Below, piece after piece: positions 1-12,100 of a stretch of DNA of 64,000 nt. The stretch is taken from positions 23,832,560 through 23,896,559 of the forward strand of contig NC_134027.1 of the NCBI RefSeq assembly GCF_964204645.1, given 5' to 3'. The translations under genes and the position numbers were made by a program. The notes under the pieces are model-generated. The model was given only the letters and a program-made list of their open reading frames with translations. It searched no databases and had not been told where the DNA came from. The stretch's first letter is position 1. Each line of letters begins with the position of its first letter. This stretch comes from Tubulanus polymorphus. Taxonomy: Eukaryota; Animalia; Nemertea.

Positions 1-122
1 GAGAATGAACCCGAAAGCGATAACGGCGCCTCAAATGTTCGGTTTGTTGGACGTTGCGACCAACGATTGGACGGACGGTATCTTCTCAACTCTGTGGAGA
101 CGAACGTTAAAAGCGAAGAAAG
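1..122 (+). CDS. DNAH5: Dynein HC exon (partial, AAA2)
   Basis: [40 protein letters not shown]; donor gttcgt. Confidence 0.9.
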
Positions 123-3100
123 GTTCGTGTTTCATTCGTGATATGATATGATAACTCTCAAATTCTCCATTCCTTTTCCTCTACAAAGATGTCTGCTTGT
201 GATAACCTTGGCATATTCATTGTTGCATTGACTGGAACTCACTTCATCGATGATAATGCATGAATGATGGAGCAGTCCCATGTGTTTTTTGGCACTTGAA
301 GAGTCTGAAATTTTGACAGATTATCAAATCAAAAAGATGTTAATGTTTTCATTGTCTTGATGAATATTGATGACTTTCTTAGACTGACAAGTCATAAACT
401 TATTTTCAATGCCAACCAGCCGTGAAATACGAATTTAGCTTTATAAGTTTTAATTGTATAAGAGTTTTGTACCGCGGCAGTCTCGATGCCATCAGGTTTG
501 AATCCCCGCCGGGGGAAGATGTAGCGTTGGGACTGTAAATATATCACCGAGTTGAGAATCTTCTGTAAAACATTTAAATATTGATACGTTCTTGTTTTTC
601 TCCAATCAGGTGAGCATATCTGGATTGTATTGGACGGGCCGGTCGACGCGATTTGGATCGAGAATTTGAACTCGGTTTTGGACGACACGAAGAAGTTGAC
701 GCTGGCCAACGGCGATCGTATTCCGATGGCGCCGAACTGTAAAATCATCTTCGAACCGCACAACATCGATAACGCGTCGCCCGCGACTGTATCCAGGAAC
801 GGTATGGTCTACATGAGCAGCTCGGGTCTCGACTGGAAACCTATTCTTCAGGTACAACCAATTTATCCATTCGATTCTTACGACAATTTCTAATCCTATG
901 ATGCTGGGAGAAAAATACTATTCCTAACGAAATCCGGGGCTGGTTCCATAGTTGAGACTTAAGGTGGCCCCCTAAGTGGGCTTAACTCTTAAGATTGGTC
1001 TTAAGTTGTTAGATTGGCTAAAAGACTGACATGGTCTTAGATGAATCTTTAAGTCTAAGTCATAGTTTGCCTGACGGAAGTCACCAGGATCGTCATTCGG
1101 AACAACCATGGCAGCATCTGGTAGGGTAGACTTTAAAAGTGACATTGACGATAATGATGAAAATGATCATGAATTTTGTGCAATTAATTGAAACTCTGAG
1201 AAAATGGAATCAAGAAACAATGGAAACCTTTAAGGGGTTAAGGTTAGATGCCGTAAGAACCAGGTTTGAAATCTTACTCCGAATTTCAGGGATGGTTGAA
1301 CAATCGTCAAGCGGGCGAGGCCGATATCATCATGGATCTATTCGAGTCGTCGTTCCCAGCGATCTACCGCTTCTGTACGCAAAACCTGATCTTCAAAATG
1401 GAGGTTCTCGAAGCGTTCGTCATCAGCCAGGCGTGCAACATCCTCGAAGGTTTGATTCCGTCGAAGGACGAACGAGAGGGCGCCATCAGTCGGCAACATT
1501 TCGCGCGGTTCTACGTGTTCACGGTGATGTGGAGTTTGGGCGCGTTTTTCGAATTGGACGACCGCGCGAAACTCGAAGAGTTCATACGAAAGAACGACGA
1601 GTTCACGCTAGACCTGCCCGACACGTCGAAGGTCACCGATTCGACGATGTTCGATTTCATGATCAACAACGACGGTCAGTACGCTTTCAAATTTTCAAGT
1701 AAACTCCAGCACTGCACATTGTTATGTTCTAACAGTCGAGAAAAGACTTGAAGAAAATACCAAGTGCTAAGATTTTAATGTTTGTTAACCCCAGTGCCGA
1801 CTAATTATCATCCCAATGTGCAGGGGCCAGTTGCACAGTCGTGACTTAAGGCAAAAAGTGGTCTTAAATCTTAAGACCGGTCTTAAGTTGTTAGATTGGC
1901 TATAGAACTAAGTTGGTCTTAGACTGGTCTTAAGTCTAAGCCATGACTATGCGACCGGCCCCTGGAGATAATTTGAAAACATTTCCATGCCAGTGTATTA
2001 AATAACCGGTACTAAAGTATGTGCACACCGCTGCGTGATGTGTCATTAGTTACTAATATTTCGCTATGTTTCGCTATGACTGGTCCTGCAATCTTCCAAT
2101 AGATATAAAAACTAATTACATGTGACATCAATACACCCCAATGCGATGTACTAGCTAAGTCCATTACCGATTCAGGAATACTGGGCCCCGTTTTATAGAC
2201 TGGTATTACCTTTAACCTGGGGGCTAACTCAATTCATTATCAATCGAGTTAGCTCCCGGGTTAAAGGTAATACAAGACTTTAAAAGCTAAAATCGGGCCC
2301 TGATGACTACTAGAATACATTGAAAAAGTCAAATAGTCATCTTCGTTTCGAAAAATGCTTTTACGATGTATATTTCCATTGTATTTTCTCTCGCGTGCAG
2401 GCGATTGGCAGCACTGGAATAATCTGGTGGAGGACTACATCTACCCGCCGGACAGCACGCCCGAATACGGATCGATTCTCGTGCCGAACGTCGACAACGT
2501 GCGAACGGATTTCCTCATCAATATCATCGCCAAACAAGAGAAAGCCGTTTTACTGATCGGCGAACAGGGCACGGCGAAAACGGTCATGATCAACGGTTAC
2601 ATGTCGAAATACAATCCCGAATATCACATGGGGCAGTCGTTGAACTTCTCGTCAGCTACGACGCCTCTCATGTTCCAGGTACGGTCATTCAGAGCTGCCA
2701 ACTGTTCCCGAGTTTTAAAATTTATTACTATTTCATAACAAGAAATTCGGATCTGATTTGTTAGATGCGTACAGAAATATGAAAGATGTTGCTGAGGGTC
2801 TTACTGTTGGATATTGATTAATTTCAACAGAAAGATGAAAGATGTTGCTGAGGGTCTTACTGTTGGATATTGATTAATTTCAACAGAAATATGAAAGATG
2901 TTGCTGAGGGTCTTACTGTTGGATATTGATTAATTTCAACAGAAATATGAAAGATGTTGCTGAGGGTCTTACTGTTGATTACTGATTAATTTCAACAGAA
3001 ATATGAAAGATGTTGCTGAGGGTCTTACTGTAGGATATTGATTAGTAATATCAAAAATTGAAAATGAACAATTTGGACTCTTCGGATTAAAACTTGTCTG

Positions 3101-6100
3101 TCTACTAGAAGTAGTTGATTTAATTGGAAATGAAGTAATTTTGATTATCCCTGTAGTCGAAGTGAATGTGTTTACAGCTTGGGAAAAAATTTACATTTCA
3201 GAGAACAATTGAAAGTTTCGTCGACAAGCGAATGGGCAGCACGTACGGTCCGCCTGCCGGTAAAAAGATGACCGTTTTCATTGACGACATCAACATGCCG
3301 ATTATTAACGAATGGGGCGATCAGATAGCCAATGAAATCGTGCGACAGTTGATGGAAATGAAAGGATTTTACAACCTTGAAAAACCGGGAGACTTCACGA
3401 ACATGGTCGATATTCAGGTATGATGTGATTCATATCGAATTCGTGAAATCCCTGAAGTCAAACTTTAAGATATCCAGCTTTTACAATACAGTAAATTTGG
3501 CTTAATGTTTGATGACATGAATAGGATTCTGGATTCTGAGAGCTCCCTCTCAGATACCTGGTGGATCTTGCCAGTCAAAAGAACATTGTCTTGGGGAACA
3601 GCCTGAGAGAGACCGTCTATTAATTAGATAAAATTCTTCTGGCAACAACTCTTAATAGATGTGGCCAGAAATCCTTTGTCACTAGAACAGGAATCTGGGT
3701 GAATTCCTGACACAGATTTGGTGTGCAAAACCCCTAGTTAGGAGCCTGGGTAATTACAAGAACCTTGGTTCTTGATGAGCTCAGTGAATGGGCTCTGAAG
3801 CGACTAACTTAAAAGAAAAACTGGATTCTTAGAGGGTAGAAAAAATGATCTCTTCAGAAACATAGGTTCTTGTTCACTACATCTAGTATTGGCTGCAGCT
3901 ACCTGTCTGCTACGTTAGCAGTACTTTAGACAGAGACATTGATTCGGTAAAACCTAAAAATGTCCGTTATTTTGCAGTTTATGGCAGCTATGATTCAACC
4001 TGGCGGAGGGCGAAATGACATACCGCAACGATTGAAGAGACAGTTTACGATATATAACTGTACGTTGCCGTCGAATACGTCCATCGATAAAGTATTCAGC
4101 GTTATCGGATCGGGTCATTACTGTCCGCAACGTGGATTCAGCGATGATGTCCGCGGCCTCGTCGACAAGCTCGTTCCGTTGACCAGGCGTTTGTGGCAAC
4201 TGACAAAGGTATTTATCGAAAATCGGACACCAACAATTCAGCGAGTGTATTGTTTCTAAAAAAGGGTGACCTCGATTCTGAAAAACTGGGAAAACTCAGG
4301 GAGTCCCATGGAAAACAGTGGGAATTGGTTTTTACTCTGGAAAACAACTTTACAATTCATTTCATATTGTAAATTTTGAAATTTTGAAATTGAATATAAA
4401 AGTATATTAGCGAAAAGTAGGAATGTTTATAGCTGGGCTTACCACTTGGGTCACTAAAAAAAACAACTCTCCCGTCCTTCTTAACGCCATTCATCAGAAC
4501 ACCGGGAAAGTTCCACTTTTACCGCGAAAACACAGGAAATACAAAATTCGATGTATCGTCTGGCTGTAAAATCTTGGCAGAATATTTCTGCCATCACAGA
4601 GATGGAAGAACCAGGGGCTGAAACTTTCAAATGCAGCAATCGAAAGAGAAAGTAGATAATTCCTCTTGATTAGAAATTAGCGCGATTAAACAGTTCCTAT
4701 GACCCAATATCAATTTAATTTGTATGTTTTCCTTTTCTCTTCGATACTTATAGATCAAAATGTTGCCGACGCCAGCGAAGTTTCATTACGTGTTCAACTT
4801 GCGGGATTTGTCGAGAATTTGGCAGGGAATGATCAACACGCAGTCCGATGTAATCGTCGACGAGAAAGTCTTACTCGGTCTGTGGAAACACGAATGTTGT
4901 CGCGTCATTGCCGACAGGTAAGTTGGAATCATCGAATACAATTTCGATTTTCTTGAAGTCATCGATTTTTTGACGTAACTGTGAAAAGAAATGTTGCTGT
5001 GCCTGGGATATTTATGGAAATCATATAAAAGTCTTTGATATTTAACTGGAAATTATAGATTATTTCTTTTTGAATTAAGATTGGTGTCATAATCGGTACA
5101 GAGTTTACAAGATCAAAATTTTGAGTTAGCCCTTTCCAGTCATATAAGTATACTATATCATATTTTACGTTCAAAGCTGCATTTTCAATTACCATGTATT
5201 GTTAGTTACTCATAGACTTTCCGCTATTCAATTGAAGAAAAAATCAACAATTACAAAGAAAAACTTCAGGAAGTTGTGACGTTTCAACTCAAATGAGCTG
5301 TTTTAAAAGCGATTTTACTCCCTTAGTGTTTCTTTCATAATTGCGGGTTTTAACTCAGAAATGAGTCTCAAATTCAATTTTGGAATTGACACTTGTCATT
5401 CAACATACATGATTCTTTTTCAGGAAGAATTTAAACCTGATAATTTCTTCTTGCTTCCAGATTTTGAAATGTGCTTCTCGATTTCATATGTTTAAACCCT
5501 TTCACTCCGTTACTCACAAGTGAACATGTCTACCCTGACTTATTGCAATGCCAGCGGTCACGGGGGGACCTGGGTAATGATCTTAGCTCCATAGCATGGG
5601 AAAGCCTCTGCAGTGTATATGAAAAAATGGCTGATTTTGTGTACAGAGGGGGAGGGGGGTTGAAAATTTCAAATCTTATGCGTACGTAATAAATGAATGA
5701 TCCCTTTCCGGAATATAGATCCGACTAACTGAAATCTGAAATTCGGTTTCACTTAGTTCGACTATAGTCGACTAACTCAGATAAACGGAGTTGGCCCTGT
5801 ATGTATTTTACCGGTTTTTGAAGACGTTACTTATATCGTTTATCGCCCGTAGATTTACGACGTTTGACGATTACGGCTGGTTTACGAAGACGATGTCGCG
5901 TATCGCCGTCGAGGATCTCGGCGAGCAGCACGCGCCGCATCTCGACACCGAGAATTTTTTTGTAGATTTCTTGAGGTAAAAAATCCGTCGCTGGAGCGAA
6001 CAGAAGAATCCCGTGCGGATGTTTTTGACGGCAAACATAACTAATAGATAACGCTTGAACACTTAAGCCGCGATCACACGAGCCCTTTTGGGTCGAGCAA

Positions 6101-9100
6101 AATTTGGTCATGCCAGATTGATAGAGCTGCGCCAACTTTTCTCCCTGGCGCAAAATAGATCAGTGCCAGTAGCTTAGGCTCGCGTGATTGCGGCTTCAAT
6201 CAGCAACATAATTTGACGACAGGTGTGCATTTTAATACTGTGCCTACTGTAAAACCGGCTTAATTCAGATGATTTGGGAGCGATAAATTCAATCCAGTTC
6301 GTGATGAGATATTCAGATGAAACATCGTATTTGATTTATATGTATGTATTGAAGGGATGGTAAATAGTATCTGGATTGAACTGATGCGGATTAAACCGGT
6401 TTGACTGTGGTCACATATTCAGCAGAACCTCGTTAAAACAAACTGTACTGTGAAATGGGAAATTGATGAGAAATATATGGCTGCCTCCATGAAATACCCC
6501 TATGACATCACCGCAAACATCGAAGTTTTGTTTAATGAGACAATTTTCTATGGATCATACCAGAAATCTTTGATGATGTCATAGGATTGGTTTTAGATTC
6601 TGCCATTTTTCTGGAATGGACGAGACTTCAATTTCTGGTTTGAGTAGAATTTGACAAGTTTCTATGTTCATTTTTGTTTTAATGAAGCTTTGCTGACATA
6701 GCAAAAAATACTTGACTGTTCGCAGAGCTTCTTTCCGTATAAACAATCAAATTTGAAATATTGATGACTTTATAGAAATATTTCAGAGTCTATAAAATGT
6801 TGTTCATCTGGAAAGGAAGTGTTAGTGATATTCAAGTGTTTTAAGAATGTTCACAAATTTTATTTCAGTCACGAACAAACAGTGAAAGTTTACTTTTTGC
6901 ACTATATTCACCTGATTCTGGTTTCACACTTGTGGGTTGGACTATGACTGCGGAGTGGAACTGAACCCACACCTGTGAAACCAGTGATCCGAGGTCAGTT
7001 GCGTACCAGAGGTGGTTAGATATAAACTAAGACCAACTTTCAAGGTCCAGTTGCGCAATGGTTACTGTCCAAAAATGCTATAAAACCTTAGGACTTGTCT
7101 CAGACTGTTCATAAGTTGTTCGATGGGCCATTCTAGCTAAAATGAGCGTAGACTGGTCTTAAGTTGTTAGATCGGCTATAGAACCAAAATGAGCTTAGAC
7201 TGGTCCTGAATCGAAGCCCTGTCTGTGCAGGCTCGTAAGTCAGATTTAAGTCCTATAGGTCAACATAGGTTAATTTTTATCGAATCTTAGTCTTAAGATT
7301 CTAATAAAACTCACAGCAACTATGGAACTGGATTCTAAGAAGTTTTGTTTTGCGAGACCCTGGTAAAAGAGCGACTGGTGTCGGATCTGAGTTCTTTTGC
7401 AGCCATGAATAACACAAATAACGCGTTTGTGGCTTTCATTGTCTAATAATTATGTAGCATGTTTTTGTACTAATTTAACGCAGTTTTGGGAGTGATTTCG
7501 TAATATTTTTTATCATCTAACGTTCGAATATTTTATAACACGATGCACAGGTTCACGAATTTCGACGATTTGCGTTGGTTCGATAAAACTATACAGCGTA
7601 TTGTCGCGGAGGACTTGTCCGAGGACTATATACCCGACATACAAGTAGATCAGTACTACTGCGATTTCTTAAGGTATCGGTATCTAACACTGTGCACTAA
7701 ACACTGATAAGGGTTTCCGCTTTGCTTTGATAATTTGATGAAATAATTTTGAAACTTTAAAACTATGAATATGTCAAAAAATGAATAAGATTAGAATTCC
7801 TGAAAATAAATTGATAATTTGTGTTTTGATTATTATCTTAAATTCAGAACTTTCAGGCTGCATTTTCTAAAGCACTATTTATTCAGAATAAGAATCTCCT
7901 AAGGGTTCCTTCATTCCTTCATTCCACTGAGCGCAACTCGGGGCATCATTAGCAGGTTCGAGGTTTCTTTTTCCATTTTATGGAGAGGACAGATCTAGAA
8001 ACTGCCACCACCAAGATTCGAGCCCATGAAGCCTGAAATTGACGAGATGACTGAATGCTACCACCAGGATTCAGACATGAACCCATGATAGTGAAATTCT
8101 GAGTTATCGCCGAGATTGTGGGATACTGCTTTAGAAAATGTAACTGATTCTCATAAACGGAAAGTTTTAACAATATGACTATTTTCTCGAACATTTCATA
8201 GAGATCCAGCGGAAGCTACTGGGGAAGAGCCAGACGATGCCGACTTCGATATGCCTAAAGTTTATGAACCTGTAAGTTGTAATACGATGTCGAAACATCA
8301 TTTATTTAATCTTGATTGAAGTTAGAGCTTCTTCCTGAGGTTATGTGTAGTATGAATTAGCTCAGCGGGCTGAATAGAGCACAATGGGTTAGGAGGCAAG
8401 ATGACTCGGTGCTGACTAATTGATACCCTAAAGTGCTGGAGATAATTTGAAAATGTTTGAAAGATTCCAGCCCAGTGCATTAAATAATGGGCATCCACTA
8501 TAATGTGTCCACACCGTGGTGCGGTGTATCATTAGTTACTTATATCTAACTATGTTTGTCAGGTGATGCCATCTTTTGTTAGAGATAAAAACCTGTACGA
8601 ATCACATCAATACACCGCAGTGCGGTGTACTAGCAAAGTCCATCACCGATTTATAAACCGTGTGTAATGAAACGGAACAAGGGCTCCTGGGGCCAGTTGC
8701 ATAGTCATGGCTTAGACTTCGGACCAGTCTAAGACCAACTTAGTTCTATAGTCAATCTTACAACTTAAGACCAGTCTTAACATTTAAGACCACTTTTTGA
8801 CCTAAGCCATGACTGTGCAACTGGCCCCTGATACCTTTGCCTTGTTTATCTATAAGACAAGCATATTTCCTTGCAAGGTGAACGCCTTACGACCAGAATC
8901 ACTAGACTCTGTGTAGGTTAGCGCCGCGACTTGTTGCGATGCTATTCTCTGCAGTATTATTCTCTATAATGTTGTACACCGATTACGTTACGTTTTTTCT
9001 TCAGATCACGACGTTCGAACAATTGCGCGAGCGTTTGATCATGTTCATGGGTCAGTACAACGAATCGATCCGCGGCAGTAAAATGGACCTCGTATTCTTC

Positions 9101-12100
9101 AGAGACGCGATGATCCACCTGGTGAAGATTTCGCGCGTCATACGCACGCCGCGCGGTAACGCGTTGCTCGTCGGCGTCGGCGGTTCCGGCAAACAGTCGC
9201 TGACGAAATTAGCTTCGTACATCGCCGGCTATCAAACGTTCCAGATTACGCTGACTAGGTACGTGCCCCCTGTGCCGATTTCGCGAAATTATGCTGGTGG
9301 CCACTGACCTGCAAAACCTAGAAAACTCAGGGAATCAGAAAAATCTAGAGAAAACTCAGGGAATTTGACAAATTTCACCAAAAACCTGGAAAGCTCAGGG
9401 AATTCGGATCGTGCTATTCACAATGTGTTGTTTCTTAATCAATATGTGATTCAATGAAAAATGAATGAAATTTAACATTTTAAACCTAGAAATTCCTCAG
9501 ATTCGATCTGGGAATTTTGCGTAATCACATGGAAAACTTAGCGAATTTGTAAATGGGTGTAACCGTCCTGTTAGGTTCATTCGTAAAATTTTCTTGAGAG
9601 CCAATTATTCGTATTTGATGATTTCATAATTTTGAATGATTTCTTTATTCCTACAAGCCGGTAAGATTCATTGTGAATGTTTCGTAGCTCTTTTCTTCCT
9701 GTTTGCCGTTTCATGTTTTTCTCCCTGATTTGGTTCCGCAGTCAACGAGACAATTGTCAGAGAATTAATGGCTAAATCTGGATATCGGTATCTTTGAATC
9801 GGTTCTAGAATTCGAATTAGCTAAGCAAAACTTTGGCTTAATTTCATGAAAAACATTCGACAAGCTTAAAACGGTTGAATCAATTGAAAAAATAAGTAAT
9901 CTAACTAAAAAAGATGTTTAGTCTGAAATATCTAAAAAAGTTTTAATCAAAATGGTCTCTGGTTTTGTCTTTTCACTGTGGAACCGGCCTGTCCGTATTT
10001 TACCTATTACATGAAATCGTGTTGGATTATGATGATTGAAATGTTCTGTGAAAATCTCTTTGCGGTCACATGTTTTTGCTGCAGTGTGAACTCCTTACAC
10101 TTGTTGAACTATCAGTAGTGTTGATTTTATTTCGTTCCCAAGGACTGATTCGATGATTATTCGACTCATGAAATCTTTTGACCATTGAGTCTAATCTGAA
10201 CTGATTACCAGATGCTATGAAACCGAGTCCAGGGCCAAATTCCACAATTGACTATACAGTAAAAATGAGTTCACCATCAATGTTACAAATTTAAGTCGGA
10301 CTTTTGGTACAGTCTCAATTGTGGCCCTTGAAACATTTTTGAATTGCAGTTCTTTCCATTGAGCAACATTGCACTGCTGCAGTCCATTGAAGTTTTGATT
10401 TTACGATTCAATTTCTCAATGTGACCACTATGGAGCTGGTTGCAGCCCGAGAACTGAACCTGGGTGGGATCCAACATTGTTCCTTTCCTCTCACGACGAA
10501 TGAATACTTTGAGCTAATAGCGTCGGATATTACGTGATGTTTTCTACAGGTCGTACAGCGTATCGAACTTGCTCGAAGACTTGAAGTTCTTGTACAGAAC
10601 GGCCGGACAACAAGGCAAAGGTATCACCTTCATATTCACCGATCAGGAAATCAAAGAAGAAAGTTTCTTGGAGTACATGAACAATGTTCTCTCGTCGGGT
10701 GTGGTAAGTACTGAGCTTAATTCATTTGTATATTATTAAGAGTTGTATTAAACAATGCCAGGGTAATTAATTGGGAACCCGGGGCCTATGGAACGACTTG
10801 GAAGATTCATCATTATCCATGGCAAGGAAAAGCTTTATCGAAATATAAAGCAATTTTGAAATGATGTAAAGTATAAATCTGAATTGAAATAAGTTAGTTT
10901 TTTCGACTATACACAAATTACAACCATGGAACTAGGACCTGCCTATAAACTGATAGCTCAAAATTTGGTTCTTTATGATCAGATGGCGTGCTGGTAAACT
11001 CAATCAAATTTGAATTGATTTTATATTAGCTTTCGTCTAGATTTCAAGTCTCGTGCATCCGAGATCAGGCTAATTGTTGAACATGACTAAACGAAACTTC
11101 ACTGATAAATGGCTGTATCTAAAGCTTCAAAAATTTTCCCCTTCAATTGTTATCAGCAACATAATTTCACGCTTCGAATATTTTTTCAATTCAAGGTGTC
11201 GAATTTATTCCAACGCGACGAAATCGATGAGATCAACGGCGAACTGATTCCGATCATGAAGAAAGAGTTCCCGCGACGTCCGCCGACCAACGAGAATCTG
11301 AACGAGTATTTCCTCAGTCGAACCCGTCAGAATCTTCACGTCGTCCTCTGTTTTTCGCCGGTACGTTTGAGAGAAATATTTGAGAGAAATATTTCAAACA
11401 TATTATTTAAGAGATATCTGGTTATGGCGATGGTGGTAGAACCGTGAAGGTTGAGATATCTTGTAGTAGCAATGGCGTTAGACCTAGAAGCACGAGGTAT
11501 CTCAATAGTGCTGGCGGTAGAACCAGAAATTTGAGATATTTCAATAGTTGCAATGGTGGTAGAACCAGAAATATGAGATATCTCAATAGTTGCAATGGTG
11601 GTAGAACCGTGAAGTTTGAGATATCTTGTAGTAGCAATGGTGTTAGACCTAGAAGCACGAGGTATCTCAGTAGTGCTGGCGGTGGAACCAGAAATATGAG
11701 ATATCTCAATAGTTGCAATGGTGGTAGAACCAGAAATATGAGATATCTCAATAGTTGCAATGGTGGTAGAACCGTGAAGTTTGAGATATCTTGTAGTAGC
11801 AATGGTGTTAGACCTAGAAGCACGAGGTATCTCAGTAGTGCTGGTGGTAGAACCAGAAATATGAGATATCTCAATTGTTGCAATGGTGGTAGAACCAGAA
11901 ATATGAGATATCTCAATAGTTGCAATGGTGGTAGAACCGTGAAGTTTGAGATATCTTGTAGTAGCAATGGTGTTAGACCTAGAAGCACGAGGTATCTCAG
12001 TAGTGCTGGTGGTAGAACCAGAAATATGAGATATCTCAATTGTTGCAATGGTGGTAGAACCAGAAATATGAGATATCTCAATAGTTGCAATGGTGGTAGA

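Noticed and set aside
5720-5780. ACTAAC (QKI/HOW-type) motifs upstream of dynein exon A as splicing regulators
   Set aside because: They lie in a small palindromic repeat-like stretch and such hexamers are common in AT-rich introns; no conservation evidence available.
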